A DNA stretch of 64,000 bases. Origin: an uncultured Alphaproteobacteria bacterium (GTDB lineage Bacteria; Pseudomonadota; Alphaproteobacteria; Paracaedibacterales; CAITNM01). Positions 26,928 through 35,059 of the stretch are shown here, one piece after another. Position numbers and translations under genes: made by a program. A model generated the notes under the pieces. That model was not told the origin of the DNA, made no database searches, and saw only the letters and a program-made list of their open reading frames with translations. Location of the stretch: NCBI GenBank assembly GCA_903874955.1, contig CAIQTY010000025.1:8034-72033 (forward strand), in the 5' to 3' direction. Position 1 is the stretch's first letter. Every line of letters begins with the position of its first letter.

Positions 26928-27908
26928 ATGAAAAAAGTTTTCTTGATATTAATCAAGTTCACATTTTTGTTAGTTTTAATGAATTCTTTTCATGATTTAA
27001 GTGCAGCTAGTAATCAAGCTGGAAAAAAAACTAAAGTTGTTAAAGCAAAAGCTGGAAAGAAAGTGGGTAAAAAAGCTGTTAAACCAAAAGCTGGAAAGAA
27101 AGCCAACCCTAATAGAGCGAATGCAGCAAAAGCTGGAAAGAAAGCTAACTTTAATAGAGCAAATGCAGCAAAAGGTGGCGCTACTTGTAACCCTAAGGAT
27201 CTCAGTGCAGTTGCAAAAGGATCTAAGCTTTTAGCTACTGGCAAAGCAAGTGCTGCACTAAAAGCAGCATACAAAAGAGTTGTAGCATGCTACAAAAACA
27301 ATGGGAAATTTTTTCAAGGATTAGACATTGTTTGTGATAAAACAGAGAACAATCAGAGTCTTTCCAGAGTTTTTTCAAAGATGTGTGCAAATATAAATTC
27401 TCACAAAACTCCGAGTAAAACCCAAAATAATTCTCAGGATGATAATACTAATTCGACAAACCCTGATGATTCAGAACAAGATGAAAATAACGATACAACG
27501 AATCTTGATGATTCAGAATCAGATATAAATGTAAATAACCAAATGCAAAATCAAAACAATAACCAACCAAATGGTCAAAACCAGATTAATCAATATAATA
27601 ATAGCAGGAACTATCCTCAAAACCTTGCAAACCAAACCTACCCGACCGTCAATAACATGAATTATCCTCAAAATAGTTTATACCCATATGCTTACAACAA
27701 CTACCCACAGAGCGTACAAAATCAAACTTATCCATCAGCGGGCTTAGCTCAGGGCTATAATCCTTACCCGGCGGGAAGTAATTACACTTGTAATACTAAC
27801 CCTTACCCAAATACGGCTTATGCTTCGCCGAATATTCCAAGCAACGCAATTCAAAGCTATCCCTCTAACCAAGGATTGAATACTCAAAATTACAAAAGCC
27901 CATATTAA
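26928..27908 (+). CDS. Secreted low-complexity protein: AGKK-type Lys-rich repeats, a 4-Cys module, an acidic stretch, and an Asn/Gln/Tyr/Pro-rich tail
   Basis: Start taken at MKKVFLILIKFTFLLVLMNSF (signal-like); the track begins 30 nt upstream. Repeats are KAKAGKKVGKKAVKPKAGKKANPNRANAAKAGKKANFNRANAAK. The tail is NQMQNQNNNQPNGQNQINQYNN...YPQN.YP... Confidence 0.6.
   Translation: MKKVFLILIKFTFLLVLMNSFHDLSAASNQAGKKTKVVKAKAGKKVGKKAVKPKAGKKANPNRANAAKAGKKANFNRANAAKGGATCNPKDLSAVAKGSKLLATGKASAALKAAYKRVVACYKNNGKFFQGLDIVCDKTENNQSLSRVFSKMCANINSHKTPSKTQNNSQDDNTNSTNPDDSEQDENNDTTNLDDSESDINVNNQMQNQNNNQPNGQNQINQYNNSRNYPQNLANQTYPTVNNMNYPQNSLYPYAYNNYPQSVQNQTYPSAGLAQGYNPYPAGSNYTCNTNPYPNTAYASPNIPSNAIQSYPSNQGLNTQNYKSPY
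27087..27170 (+). repeat. 2 x 42-bp in-frame tandem repeat inside the Lys-rich gene
   Basis: aaagctggaaagaaagccaaccctaatagagcgaatgcagca (27087-27128) is followed by aaagctggaaagaaagctaactttaatagagcaaatgcagca (27129-27170), with 4 mismatches. A partial unit, aaagctggaaagaaag, lies about 40 nt upstream. Confidence 0.85.
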
Positions 27909-28018
27909 GTTCTGATCGATGTAAGAAATTAATTTATAGCTCAGTTTTGTATTTTAATTATTGAATTTTTTGTGATTCATAACTATAAATACAACACATA
28001 TTTTAAATAGTTTCGTTT

Positions 28019-30178
28019 ATGTTTGGTTCTTGGAAATTAATTATTATTTTGAGTTTGGGTTTTGATTTTCTTATTGCATCGTCACAATCATCATCCCCGA
28101 TAACGGATGACACTAGATCCGCTGATTTGCGCGCAATGGTCGCACGTGAAATTAAGGTTTTTCTGGATGAGTTGGGCAGAGGATCATTCAATTTTTCAGA
28201 TAAAGAATTGTCTCTTGATAAGGACAATCCCGAACAAAAAGCCATTATGATCAGTTTAATAGGTCGGCAGTTTGCAGCAGAAAAACTTCTAAAATCCGGA
28301 GAATCTTTACAAGCTTTCAAAGTCTATGCAAATCTTTTTCATGAAACAAAAAAGCAACAGTATTTAGCCCAAATGATTGATATTGCAAGGAGTCATGACT
28401 TAATAAAGCAAGCGGAAGACGTATATGCACTTTCAGGTCTAATACTCATGCATTCAAAGCCCCCTAGTCTTCCTAAAGTGACGTTAAATAAACTTTTTGA
28501 GAGGTCATACTACGACGATCTTCCCCTTAAAACTTTGCTCACAAATGTTCAAAATTTATCGGCTGCAGTTCATCACACATCAACTGCAATTTATCACAGA
28601 TCAAGTGAAAACTATTGCAAAATTTACAAAGAGTCTTTGTGGGAGAATTTTTCTCTTCTATTTCTTGAAGATTCACCTTATTTAACTCGAAAAATATGTC
28701 TGCTATATCCTAATAACGCAAAACACAAATTACACCTTGCATGTCTAATACAAAATAAACTTGTAGACCTTAATTTTAATAATAATCAAATTGCTTCGCC
28801 TGAAGAACGTAACGCAATAGTAGAAAAATTATTTCGCGAAGTTAACAACTCGGAAGCCATATTGAGTTTAGGCAAAATGATTAAAGATAAAGACAGCAAT
28901 ATTGATCTTCATAAAAAAGTAATAACATCTGATAATCAAAGAAATGAAGCAGTGGCAGAATGTTATCGTCATGCTGCAGCTATCGATGAATATGGAAGTT
29001 CTGCTCACCTCGCTCAGCGTTTACTTGTAAAAATGATCCTCTCTAAACAGACAGACTTTGACGAAAAAAATATAAAAATAGAGGAAAGAAATCGGAATAA
29101 AATAGCTGAAAGATTAGCTCGAATTTCACAATATCCTGGGCATAAAATTGATATCGCTTTAATGATTATTAATGAACAAATAAAAGAAGATGAAAAAGGG
29201 AATCCTTATAACAAGAACGACGCTGCAAACTTGCTTAGGGCAGAAGATTCAGACGGATATAAACTCATTGCTATGATGCATCTTGCTGCAATGATTATTG
29301 ATGGAGAAATAGACAAAGATGAAAATAATCAACAAGTCAGCGACACAAATATAGCTGATACGATAGAGAGAATGATCAGAAATTCTCCTTATGGCGAAGC
29401 CAATGTCTTGATGGCAAAAGTTTACGCTAAATATGGCTGTAGCAATTATAATGATGCCGAAAGTAAGAAAAGAGAAGGAGGAATCAAGGCAAAGGAATTG
29501 GCCCTAGAACAGCTTAGGCTTGCAATTGAAAAAGGATCTTTTTGGGTCTTACCTAAATATCAAGAGCTTAAGGAAGAGTTAGATGCTATCAGCAATCAAG
29601 CAACTTGTTCAGAAGCTTCAAAAGAAGAAACACATTTAGAAAGTGAGCTTGATGATTTAGATGAAGATAGTCATGATGATGCAGAGGAAAATTACTCGCA
29701 CGAACAAAATTCAATTACGACTTCTTCATCGTCGAGCTCTTCATCCTCAAGTTCATCGGATTCAGCAGCAAAATCAACAGAGGCTTTAAGACAAGAACAA
29801 GCTAAAAAAAGTAAAACTTGGAAAGATTATGTTGCGGCGAAAAGATCTGATTGGCAAAAAAGAAAATCACAAGACCCTTTAACCTTTAGATTAGAGCAAA
29901 TGATACAAAAAAAAATTGCTGAATCTTGGAGTAAGCAAGCAATAGAAGAACGTTCTAAAATAGAATGGGTTTGGGGGGATAAAATTAATGCAGTGATTGA
30001 TGCGATTAAAACTGGTGATACTAGCTTTGGAAAACCAGAAATACTGACGGGAAATTATGCAGGATGGATGTCACGGCGCATTTCCAAAAAACACCGCTTG
30101 GTTTACCGCATTATTGAAAAAGAAGGCCAATCAGTTCTTGAAATACCAGAATGCGGCGGACACTATAATAAATCTTAG
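28019..30178 (+). CDS. Large probable exported protein: signal-like N-terminus, divergent Sel1/TPR-like repeats, acidic and poly-Ser linker, C-terminal YoeB-type toxin domain
   Basis: 719 aa. N-terminus is MFGSWKLIIILSLGFDFLIASSQ. Repeated helix pairs are of the type LAQRLLVKMILSKQTDFDEKN / MHLAAMIIDGEIDKDENNQ / NVLMAKVYAKYGCSNYND. The linker is TTSSSSSSSSSSSDS. The last ~85 aa align with E. coli YoeB (see next feature). Confidence 0.8.
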   Translation: MFGSWKLIIILSLGFDFLIASSQSSSPITDDTRSADLRAMVAREIKVFLDELGRGSFNFSDKELSLDKDNPEQKAIMISLIGRQFAAEKLLKSGESLQAFKVYANLFHETKKQQYLAQMIDIARSHDLIKQAEDVYALSGLILMHSKPPSLPKVTLNKLFERSYYDDLPLKTLLTNVQNLSAAVHHTSTAIYHRSSENYCKIYKESLWENFSLLFLEDSPYLTRKICLLYPNNAKHKLHLACLIQNKLVDLNFNNNQIASPEERNAIVEKLFREVNNSEAILSLGKMIKDKDSNIDLHKKVITSDNQRNEAVAECYRHAAAIDEYGSSAHLAQRLLVKMILSKQTDFDEKNIKIEERNRNKIAERLARISQYPGHKIDIALMIINEQIKEDEKGNPYNKNDAANLLRAEDSDGYKLIAMMHLAAMIIDGEIDKDENNQQVSDTNIADTIERMIRNSPYGEANVLMAKVYAKYGCSNYNDAESKKREGGIKAKELALEQLRLAIEKGSFWVLPKYQELKEELDAISNQATCSEASKEETHLESELDDLDEDSHDDAEENYSHEQNSITTSSSSSSSSSSSSDSAAKSTEALRQEQAKKSKTWKDYVAAKRSDWQKRKSQDPLTFRLEQMIQKKIAESWSKQAIEERSKIEWVWGDKINAVIDAIKTGDTSFGKPEILTGNYAGWMSRRISKKHRLVYRIIEKEGQSVLEIPECGGHYNKS
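29921..30175 (+). other. YoeB/Txe-like (RelE/ParE superfamily) mRNA-interferase domain at the C-terminus of the 719-aa ORF
   Basis: The query is ESWSKQAIEERSKIEWVWGDKINAVIDAIKTGDTSFGKPEILTGNYAGWMSRRISKKHRLVYRIIEKEGQSVLEIPECGGHYNKS. E. coli YoeB from memory is LIWSEESWDDYLYWQETDKRIVKKINELIKDTRRTPFEGKGKPEPLKHNLSGFWSRRITEEHRLVYAVTDDSLLIAACRYHY. Shared elements are GKPE.L, G.WSRRI..(E/K)HRLVY and terminal HY. Equivalents of Glu46, Arg65, His83 and Tyr84 are all present. Confidence 0.8.
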
Positions 30179-30185
30179 GGACTGC

Positions 30186-30920
30186 CTACTTAATGCCGCT
30201 CCAAATACGACGCATGGTTGCGTAGAAAAGTCCAACCATAACGAGTAAGTATAAAAGAACCTTAAAGCCTAAGCGTTTGCGTTGTTCAATTTCAGGTTCA
30301 CTTGCCCAGGCTAGGAACGTGGTCACATCCCTGGCCATTTGATCAATCGTTGCTTTAGTACCATCATTATAGATTACTAACCCCTCGCTTAGGGGAGGCG
30401 CCATCGAGATAGCATGACCTGGAAAATATTCGTTGTAATACTGGCCAGGATTTAATTTTAAATTCGGATTCTCTTTAAAGCCAGTTAGTATCGCATACAC
30501 ATAATCCGCTCCATGTTCACGTGCTTTTATAATTAATGATTGATCTGGTGGCAGAGCTCCATTATTTGCAGCTCTTGCTTGTTTATCATTAGCATAGGGG
30601 CTTGGGATATAATCTGAGGGTCTACCAGGACGTTCGAACATGTCACCAGAATCGTTTGGTCCATCCTTGATTTGATACTGAGATGCCAATACTTTAATTT
30701 CAGCCTCCGTTAACCCTAAGGCTTTTAGGTGGCGAAACGAAATATACTTAAGGCTATGACACGTTGAACAAACCTGTTTATAGACTTGAAATCCCCTTTG
30801 CAATGCGCTGCGGTCAAAAGTGCCATTTGGTTTTTTAAAACTCCAGTCTTGCTTAGGAGGTGTAGGGGCATGTTCAGCCATCAAACTTGTAAAAGCCAGG
30901 CAAATTAATAATAGTTTCAT
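30186..30920 (-). CDS. petC: Cytochrome c1 of the bc1 complex
   Basis: 244 aa with a signal peptide, heme motif CSTCHS, a C-terminal TM anchor, and a 4-nt overlap with petB. Confidence 0.93.
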   Translation of the reverse strand: MKLLLICLAFTSLMAEHAPTPPKQDWSFKKPNGTFDRSALQRGFQVYKQVCSTCHSLKYISFRHLKALGLTEAEIKVLASQYQIKDGPNDSGDMFERPGRPSDYIPSPYANDKQARAANNGALPPDQSLIIKAREHGADYVYAILTGFKENPNLKLNPGQYYNEYFPGHAISMAPPLSEGLVIYNDGTKATIDQMARDVTTFLAWASEPEIEQRKRLGFKVLLYLLVMVGLFYATMRRIWSGIK

Positions 30921-32083
30921 GGAATTTCCTCCGGCACACTTTTAGCTTTTTCATACTTTGTAAGAATAGGATAGAGCACAATGAAATGAAAAAAGTAATA
31001 AGCTGTTGCCATTCTGCCAATCAAAAGATACATTCCTTCAGGTGGCTTTGCGCCAACCCAGCCAAGAACGATCGCATTAACGGCCATAACCCAAAAAAGC
31101 TTTTTAAAAATAGGACGATAGGTTGCACTGCGCACCGGATGACGATCAAGCCAAGGGATAACCGCCAATGTTAGCACAGCACCAAACATGGCGAGTACAC
31201 CACCAAGCTTGCTAGGAATCGAACGCAAAATTGCATAAAATGGTAAGAAATACCATTCAGGTACAATGTGTGGTGGCGTCACTAAAGGATTCGCTGGGAT
31301 ATAGTTATCAGGTTCCCCAAAAAAATTAGGAGCAAAAAAAACAAAAAATGCATAAATGGACAAAAACACCGCCAGTCCAAATAAGTCCTTAATTGTGTAA
31401 TAAGGATGGAACGGAATTTTATCTTTCTTTTTCGCATCAAGGCCTGTTGGATTATTTGATCCAAATTGATGCAGACTTACCATATGCAAAATCACTATTC
31501 CCACCAGTAAAAAAGGAAATAAATAGTGCAGCGCAAAGAATCTATTTAATGTTGGGTTATCGACGGAAAATCCACCCCAAAGCCATTGAACAATCGATTC
31601 ACCACCAGGAAAAGCCGAAAATAAATTGGTGATGACCGTAGCACCCCAGAAACTCATTTGCCCCCAAGGCAGAACATAGCCCATGAAAGCGCTGGCCATC
31701 ATCAATAATAAAATGATCACGCCTAAGATCCATAGCAGTTCACGTGGATTTTTATAAGAACCGTAATACAACCCCCTAAAAATATGTAAATAAACGACGA
31801 TGAAAAACATCGATGCACCGTTCATATGAATATAGCGGATCAACCACCCCCCGTTCACTTCGCGCATGATCTGCTCAACGCTATCAAAAGCCTTTTCAAC
31901 ATGGGGAGTATAATGCATGGCTAAAAAAATACCACTTAAGATCATAATCACTAGGGTAATCCCTGCCAATGATCCAAAATTCCAAAAGTAATTCAAATTC
32001 TTTGGGGTAGGATAATCTTTTAGATCTTTACGAAACAGGGTTATGACAGGTAAGCGATGATCAATCCAATCGAGTATTTTCAT
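30917..32083 (-). CDS. petB: Cytochrome b of the bc1 complex
   Basis: 388 aa with [19 protein letters not shown], the [13 protein letters not shown] motif and conserved heme-ligand His pairs. Confidence 0.96.
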   Translation of the reverse strand: MKILDWIDHRLPVITLFRKDLKDYPTPKNLNYFWNFGSLAGITLVIMILSGIFLAMHYTPHVEKAFDSVEQIMREVNGGWLIRYIHMNGASMFFIVVYLHIFRGLYYGSYKNPRELLWILGVIILLLMMASAFMGYVLPWGQMSFWGATVITNLFSAFPGGESIVQWLWGGFSVDNPTLNRFFALHYLFPFLLVGIVILHMVSLHQFGSNNPTGLDAKKKDKIPFHPYYTIKDLFGLAVFLSIYAFFVFFAPNFFGEPDNYIPANPLVTPPHIVPEWYFLPFYAILRSIPSKLGGVLAMFGAVLTLAVIPWLDRHPVRSATYRPIFKKLFWVMAVNAIVLGWVGAKPPEGMYLLIGRMATAYYFFHFIVLYPILTKYEKAKSVPEEIP

Positions 32084-32086
32084 TTC

Positions 32087-32623
32087 TTATCCAATTTTTA
32101 AAACTGTATTGTTATTTAAGAATTCATAAGCTGGTACATCAAGATTCCTAGGTGCAGGACCTTGAACCACACGGCCTGATGTATCGTAGTGCGATCCATG
32201 GCAAGCACACAGCCAACCACCTTCTGAAGGCGCCATGTTCTTGCGCTCAGTTGGCACACATCCTAAATGAGTACATATACCTATAACCACCAACCACTCT
32301 GGATTTTTGCCAAAACGTTCTTGATCGGTTTGTGGATCTATGGAAGATATTTTTTGTGCAACCTGGATTTCTTCAGGAGTGCGATGTTTAATAAAAATCG
32401 GTTTGCCCCGCCACATTGTTGTAAGACTTTGGCCTGGTTGAAGTTTTGAAATATCAATTTCCACACTGGCCACTGCTAAAACATCAGCCGCGGGGTTCAT
32501 ACTGTTTATGAAAGGCCATGCTGCTGCACAAACACCAACGACTCCGACTGATGCCGCTGTTAATTTCAAGAAGTCCCTTCGATTTTGATCTTCAGCTGGG
32601 AATTTATCTTGTGAATCTTCCAT
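32087..32623 (-). CDS. petA: Ubiquinol-cytochrome c reductase Rieske iron-sulfur subunit
   Basis: 178 aa with a Tat-like RRDFL N-terminus and 2Fe-2S boxes CTHLGC and CACHGSHY. Confidence 0.95.
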   Translation of the reverse strand: MEDSQDKFPAEDQNRRDFLKLTAASVGVVGVCAAAWPFINSMNPAADVLAVASVEIDISKLQPGQSLTTMWRGKPIFIKHRTPEEIQVAQKISSIDPQTDQERFGKNPEWLVVIGICTHLGCVPTERKNMAPSEGGWLCACHGSHYDTSGRVVQGPAPRNLDVPAYEFLNNNTVLKIG

Positions 32624-32872
32624 AAAAACATTAATAAAAGTTCTAATAAGTAAAGGATAATCTAAAATTTTACAGAACGCAAAATTTGAAATACTTTTTT
32701 GTATTTCTTAATAAGCTATTTACAGGCCGGGATTATCTCAAAAAAAAATTTAAAAATCAATTAGGTGATTTAGTCACGGTTTTGAAAAGTATATAAAATT
32801 TTAACTAAATCTGTTTACATTGTTTTAGTTACTATCAACAATCATAGTATTAGTAAATTTAGGAACGGTAGT

Positions 32873-34579
32873 ATGATTAAAACGACGTTATTGTTTTTAA
32901 TGTTGGGGTCTTCGTCAGCAATATTGCAGGCTAAAGAGTCCAATATTGTTGCCCCAGCTTCTTCTTTTAAGAAAGTAGAGGTCACCTCTACTAGTAAAAA
33001 TCTAAGCGTGGAACCTGTTCGTCAAATGACTCAGGAAAAAGCCCCTTTAGTGTTTGAAACTTCAGCCGACGAAGTTGCAGCTTTGCAAAAACAAATTGAA
33101 GCTTTAAAAGATCAATTGGAAAAGATTGCAAAAGAAGTAAAAGATCACGGAAAACAAACTCAGGAAATAAAATCAGAACAGAAAAAAATTAAAGAAGCTA
33201 GGCCTGTTGTAGCAGCAAGCGCTGTTGCAGCCGAGCCTTTACCAGCAAAAGAAGCTACTCCTGTATTTGATGCAGGTTACATACCTGTTCCAGGAACAAA
33301 GGCAGCGATAAAATTTAGTGGTTTGATCAAGTTAGATGCGATCTACGACGGGAAAAATAACGCGGGTGATTATACTCTGATGAGTAACTTGCCATACAAC
33401 CTGCAAGCCCAGTACTATACAGGTTCCGCTGTTGGTGGACCTTCAAATGTGTATACTTGGAAAAAACACTTCCAGATGCACGGAAAACAAACCAGACTTA
33501 ACCTTACAAGCACCGTAAAAAATACTTCAGGTAAAGATCTTAAAGGTGTTATTGAGATCGACTTTTTAGGTAATTTATACTTCGGTGACGCTTACTCTAA
33601 CTATGCTAGTAGCGGTATGAGTGCGGGTGGCGCAGTAAGCACTACTTATACGCCGAGATTGCGCCTTGCGTATATAAACTATGGAAACGAAAAAGAAAAC
33701 GGCGGACGCGTGCTGTTGGGGCATTACTGGACCAATTTTTATGACACGCTAGAAACAATCACACCAACAGTTGACTTCGGATCACTAAACGGACCAGGTC
33801 GCCGTGCCCAAGCCCGCTATACCCATAAGTTTGACAGATTCGAAGCAGCAATCTCCGCTGAAATGCCAAAAGCTGACTATGTGACCTATAACAATGCTCC
33901 ATCTGGAAGTGCATTTAACTATGTGTATATAGGACAAAGCACTAGCGGTAACTACGCAAAACCAGAACGGCCCGATTTTGTGTTAAGCTTAAAGTATAAA
34001 GCAGATAGCGGAAGCTTAGTTTCATTATCGTTATTGAATCGTGATTTGCGCATAAAATATAATAACAATGGGACTGGAGTTGCTAGGGATGGTAGAGTAT
34101 ACAAAGCAGCTAACTATGGTATAAACCTGACAGGTAAGCTTATAACTATAGGAAAAAGTTATGCAACCGCAGGTGTTATATGGGGGAAAGGCCTAGGTTG
34201 GTATATTGGTGATATAAACGGAAGGTCAGCTTTACTTGATATCTCAACAACAGTTAACGGTAATAGAATGTATAAAGCCATACCGGCAACAATGATTTAT
34301 TTAGGTTATACCCATATGTGGAACGACCAGTGGAAAACTAACTTTGGTGGATCACAAGTAAGACTTGGCACGGCAAGTAGTAATTTCAACAGAGGAACGA
34401 ACCAGTGGTATGATCCAGGTCTAGATAAAACAATGACGCGTTATGTTGTAAACACAATGTACTCGCCAGAGCCTAATCTCCAGTTCGGTTTAGAGTTCAT
34501 GTATCTGAAACGTCTATCTGTACTAAAGTATAAAGGCGAAGGTAACCGCTACCAGTTTGGCGCTACCTACACGTTCTAA
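32873..34579 (+). CDS. Outer-membrane beta-barrel porin with an N-terminal coiled coil (DcaP-like)
   Basis: 568 aa with a signal peptide, the heptad stretch ADEVAALQKQIEALKDQLEKIAKEVK, then alternating beta-strand patterns and an aromatic C-terminus YQFGATYTF. GYIPVPGTKAAIKFSGLIKLDAIYD resembles the start of DcaP-family barrels as I recall them. Confidence 0.6.
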   Translation: MIKTTLLFLMLGSSSAILQAKESNIVAPASSFKKVEVTSTSKNLSVEPVRQMTQEKAPLVFETSADEVAALQKQIEALKDQLEKIAKEVKDHGKQTQEIKSEQKKIKEARPVVAASAVAAEPLPAKEATPVFDAGYIPVPGTKAAIKFSGLIKLDAIYDGKNNAGDYTLMSNLPYNLQAQYYTGSAVGGPSNVYTWKKHFQMHGKQTRLNLTSTVKNTSGKDLKGVIEIDFLGNLYFGDAYSNYASSGMSAGGAVSTTYTPRLRLAYINYGNEKENGGRVLLGHYWTNFYDTLETITPTVDFGSLNGPGRRAQARYTHKFDRFEAAISAEMPKADYVTYNNAPSGSAFNYVYIGQSTSGNYAKPERPDFVLSLKYKADSGSLVSLSLLNRDLRIKYNNNGTGVARDGRVYKAANYGINLTGKLITIGKSYATAGVIWGKGLGWYIGDINGRSALLDISTTVNGNRMYKAIPATMIYLGYTHMWNDQWKTNFGGSQVRLGTASSNFNRGTNQWYDPGLDKTMTRYVVNTMYSPEPNLQFGLEFMYLKRLSVLKYKGEGNRYQFGATYTF

Positions 34580-34599
34580 ATCTTTTGAATTATCTCCTG

Positions 34600-34632
34600 C
34601 TCTCCCTAAAAATATTTTAGGGAGAGTTTTTT
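34600..34632 (+). terminator. Rho-independent terminator of the porin gene
   Basis: Perfect 12-bp stem ctctccctaaaa (34600-34611) / ttttagggagag (34615-34626), 3-nt loop, then tttttt at 34627-34632, starting 21 nt after the stop codon. Confidence 0.7.
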
Positions 34633-35059
34633 ATTTGAATCATTACAATTTTAGTTCGATATCTGAAGTTGGTAGAAAGGTCTTAAGAAATAGAGAATGA
34701 GATTCAAAACATGTGAACATCACAGTTCATGCAAAATTTAAATCGCTTTTTATATACCCTAGCCTTTATTCTGACATTTAACCAAGAAATGCTATCAGGG
34801 AATGTCCCTAAAGCCATGTGAAAATCTTTCTAATACACCAGTAAATTGTGAAATAACAAAAATTATAAAAACAACACCTTTAAAATAGTGATCAATTTTA
34901 TGATAATTTTTAACTTCAAATTTACCACTTTTGGCCCATTCTGAGTCCCTAATTCCCTACAATTGTGGGTGAGGGAGGAGGCGGTAAATTTTGTACCACA
35001 AAGAGATTAATAAATCATTAATTTTTATAAATTTAAAAATATTCCTCCTATTAATTTTA

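Noticed and set aside
27001-27274. Alternative-frame ORFs (77 aa on the + strand, 86 aa on the - strand) across the Lys-rich repeat region.
   Set aside because: They are artefacts of the repetitive aaagctggaaagaaag DNA, which is open in several frames. Only the frame with a signal peptide and a long downstream extension is plausible.
28003-28320. Antisense 105-aa ORF at the 5' end of the YoeB-fusion gene, considered as a possible hidden antitoxin.
   Set aside because: It is antisense to the signal-peptide region and has no YefM/Phd-like features. Its composition mirrors the sense-strand codons, and there is no independent start context.
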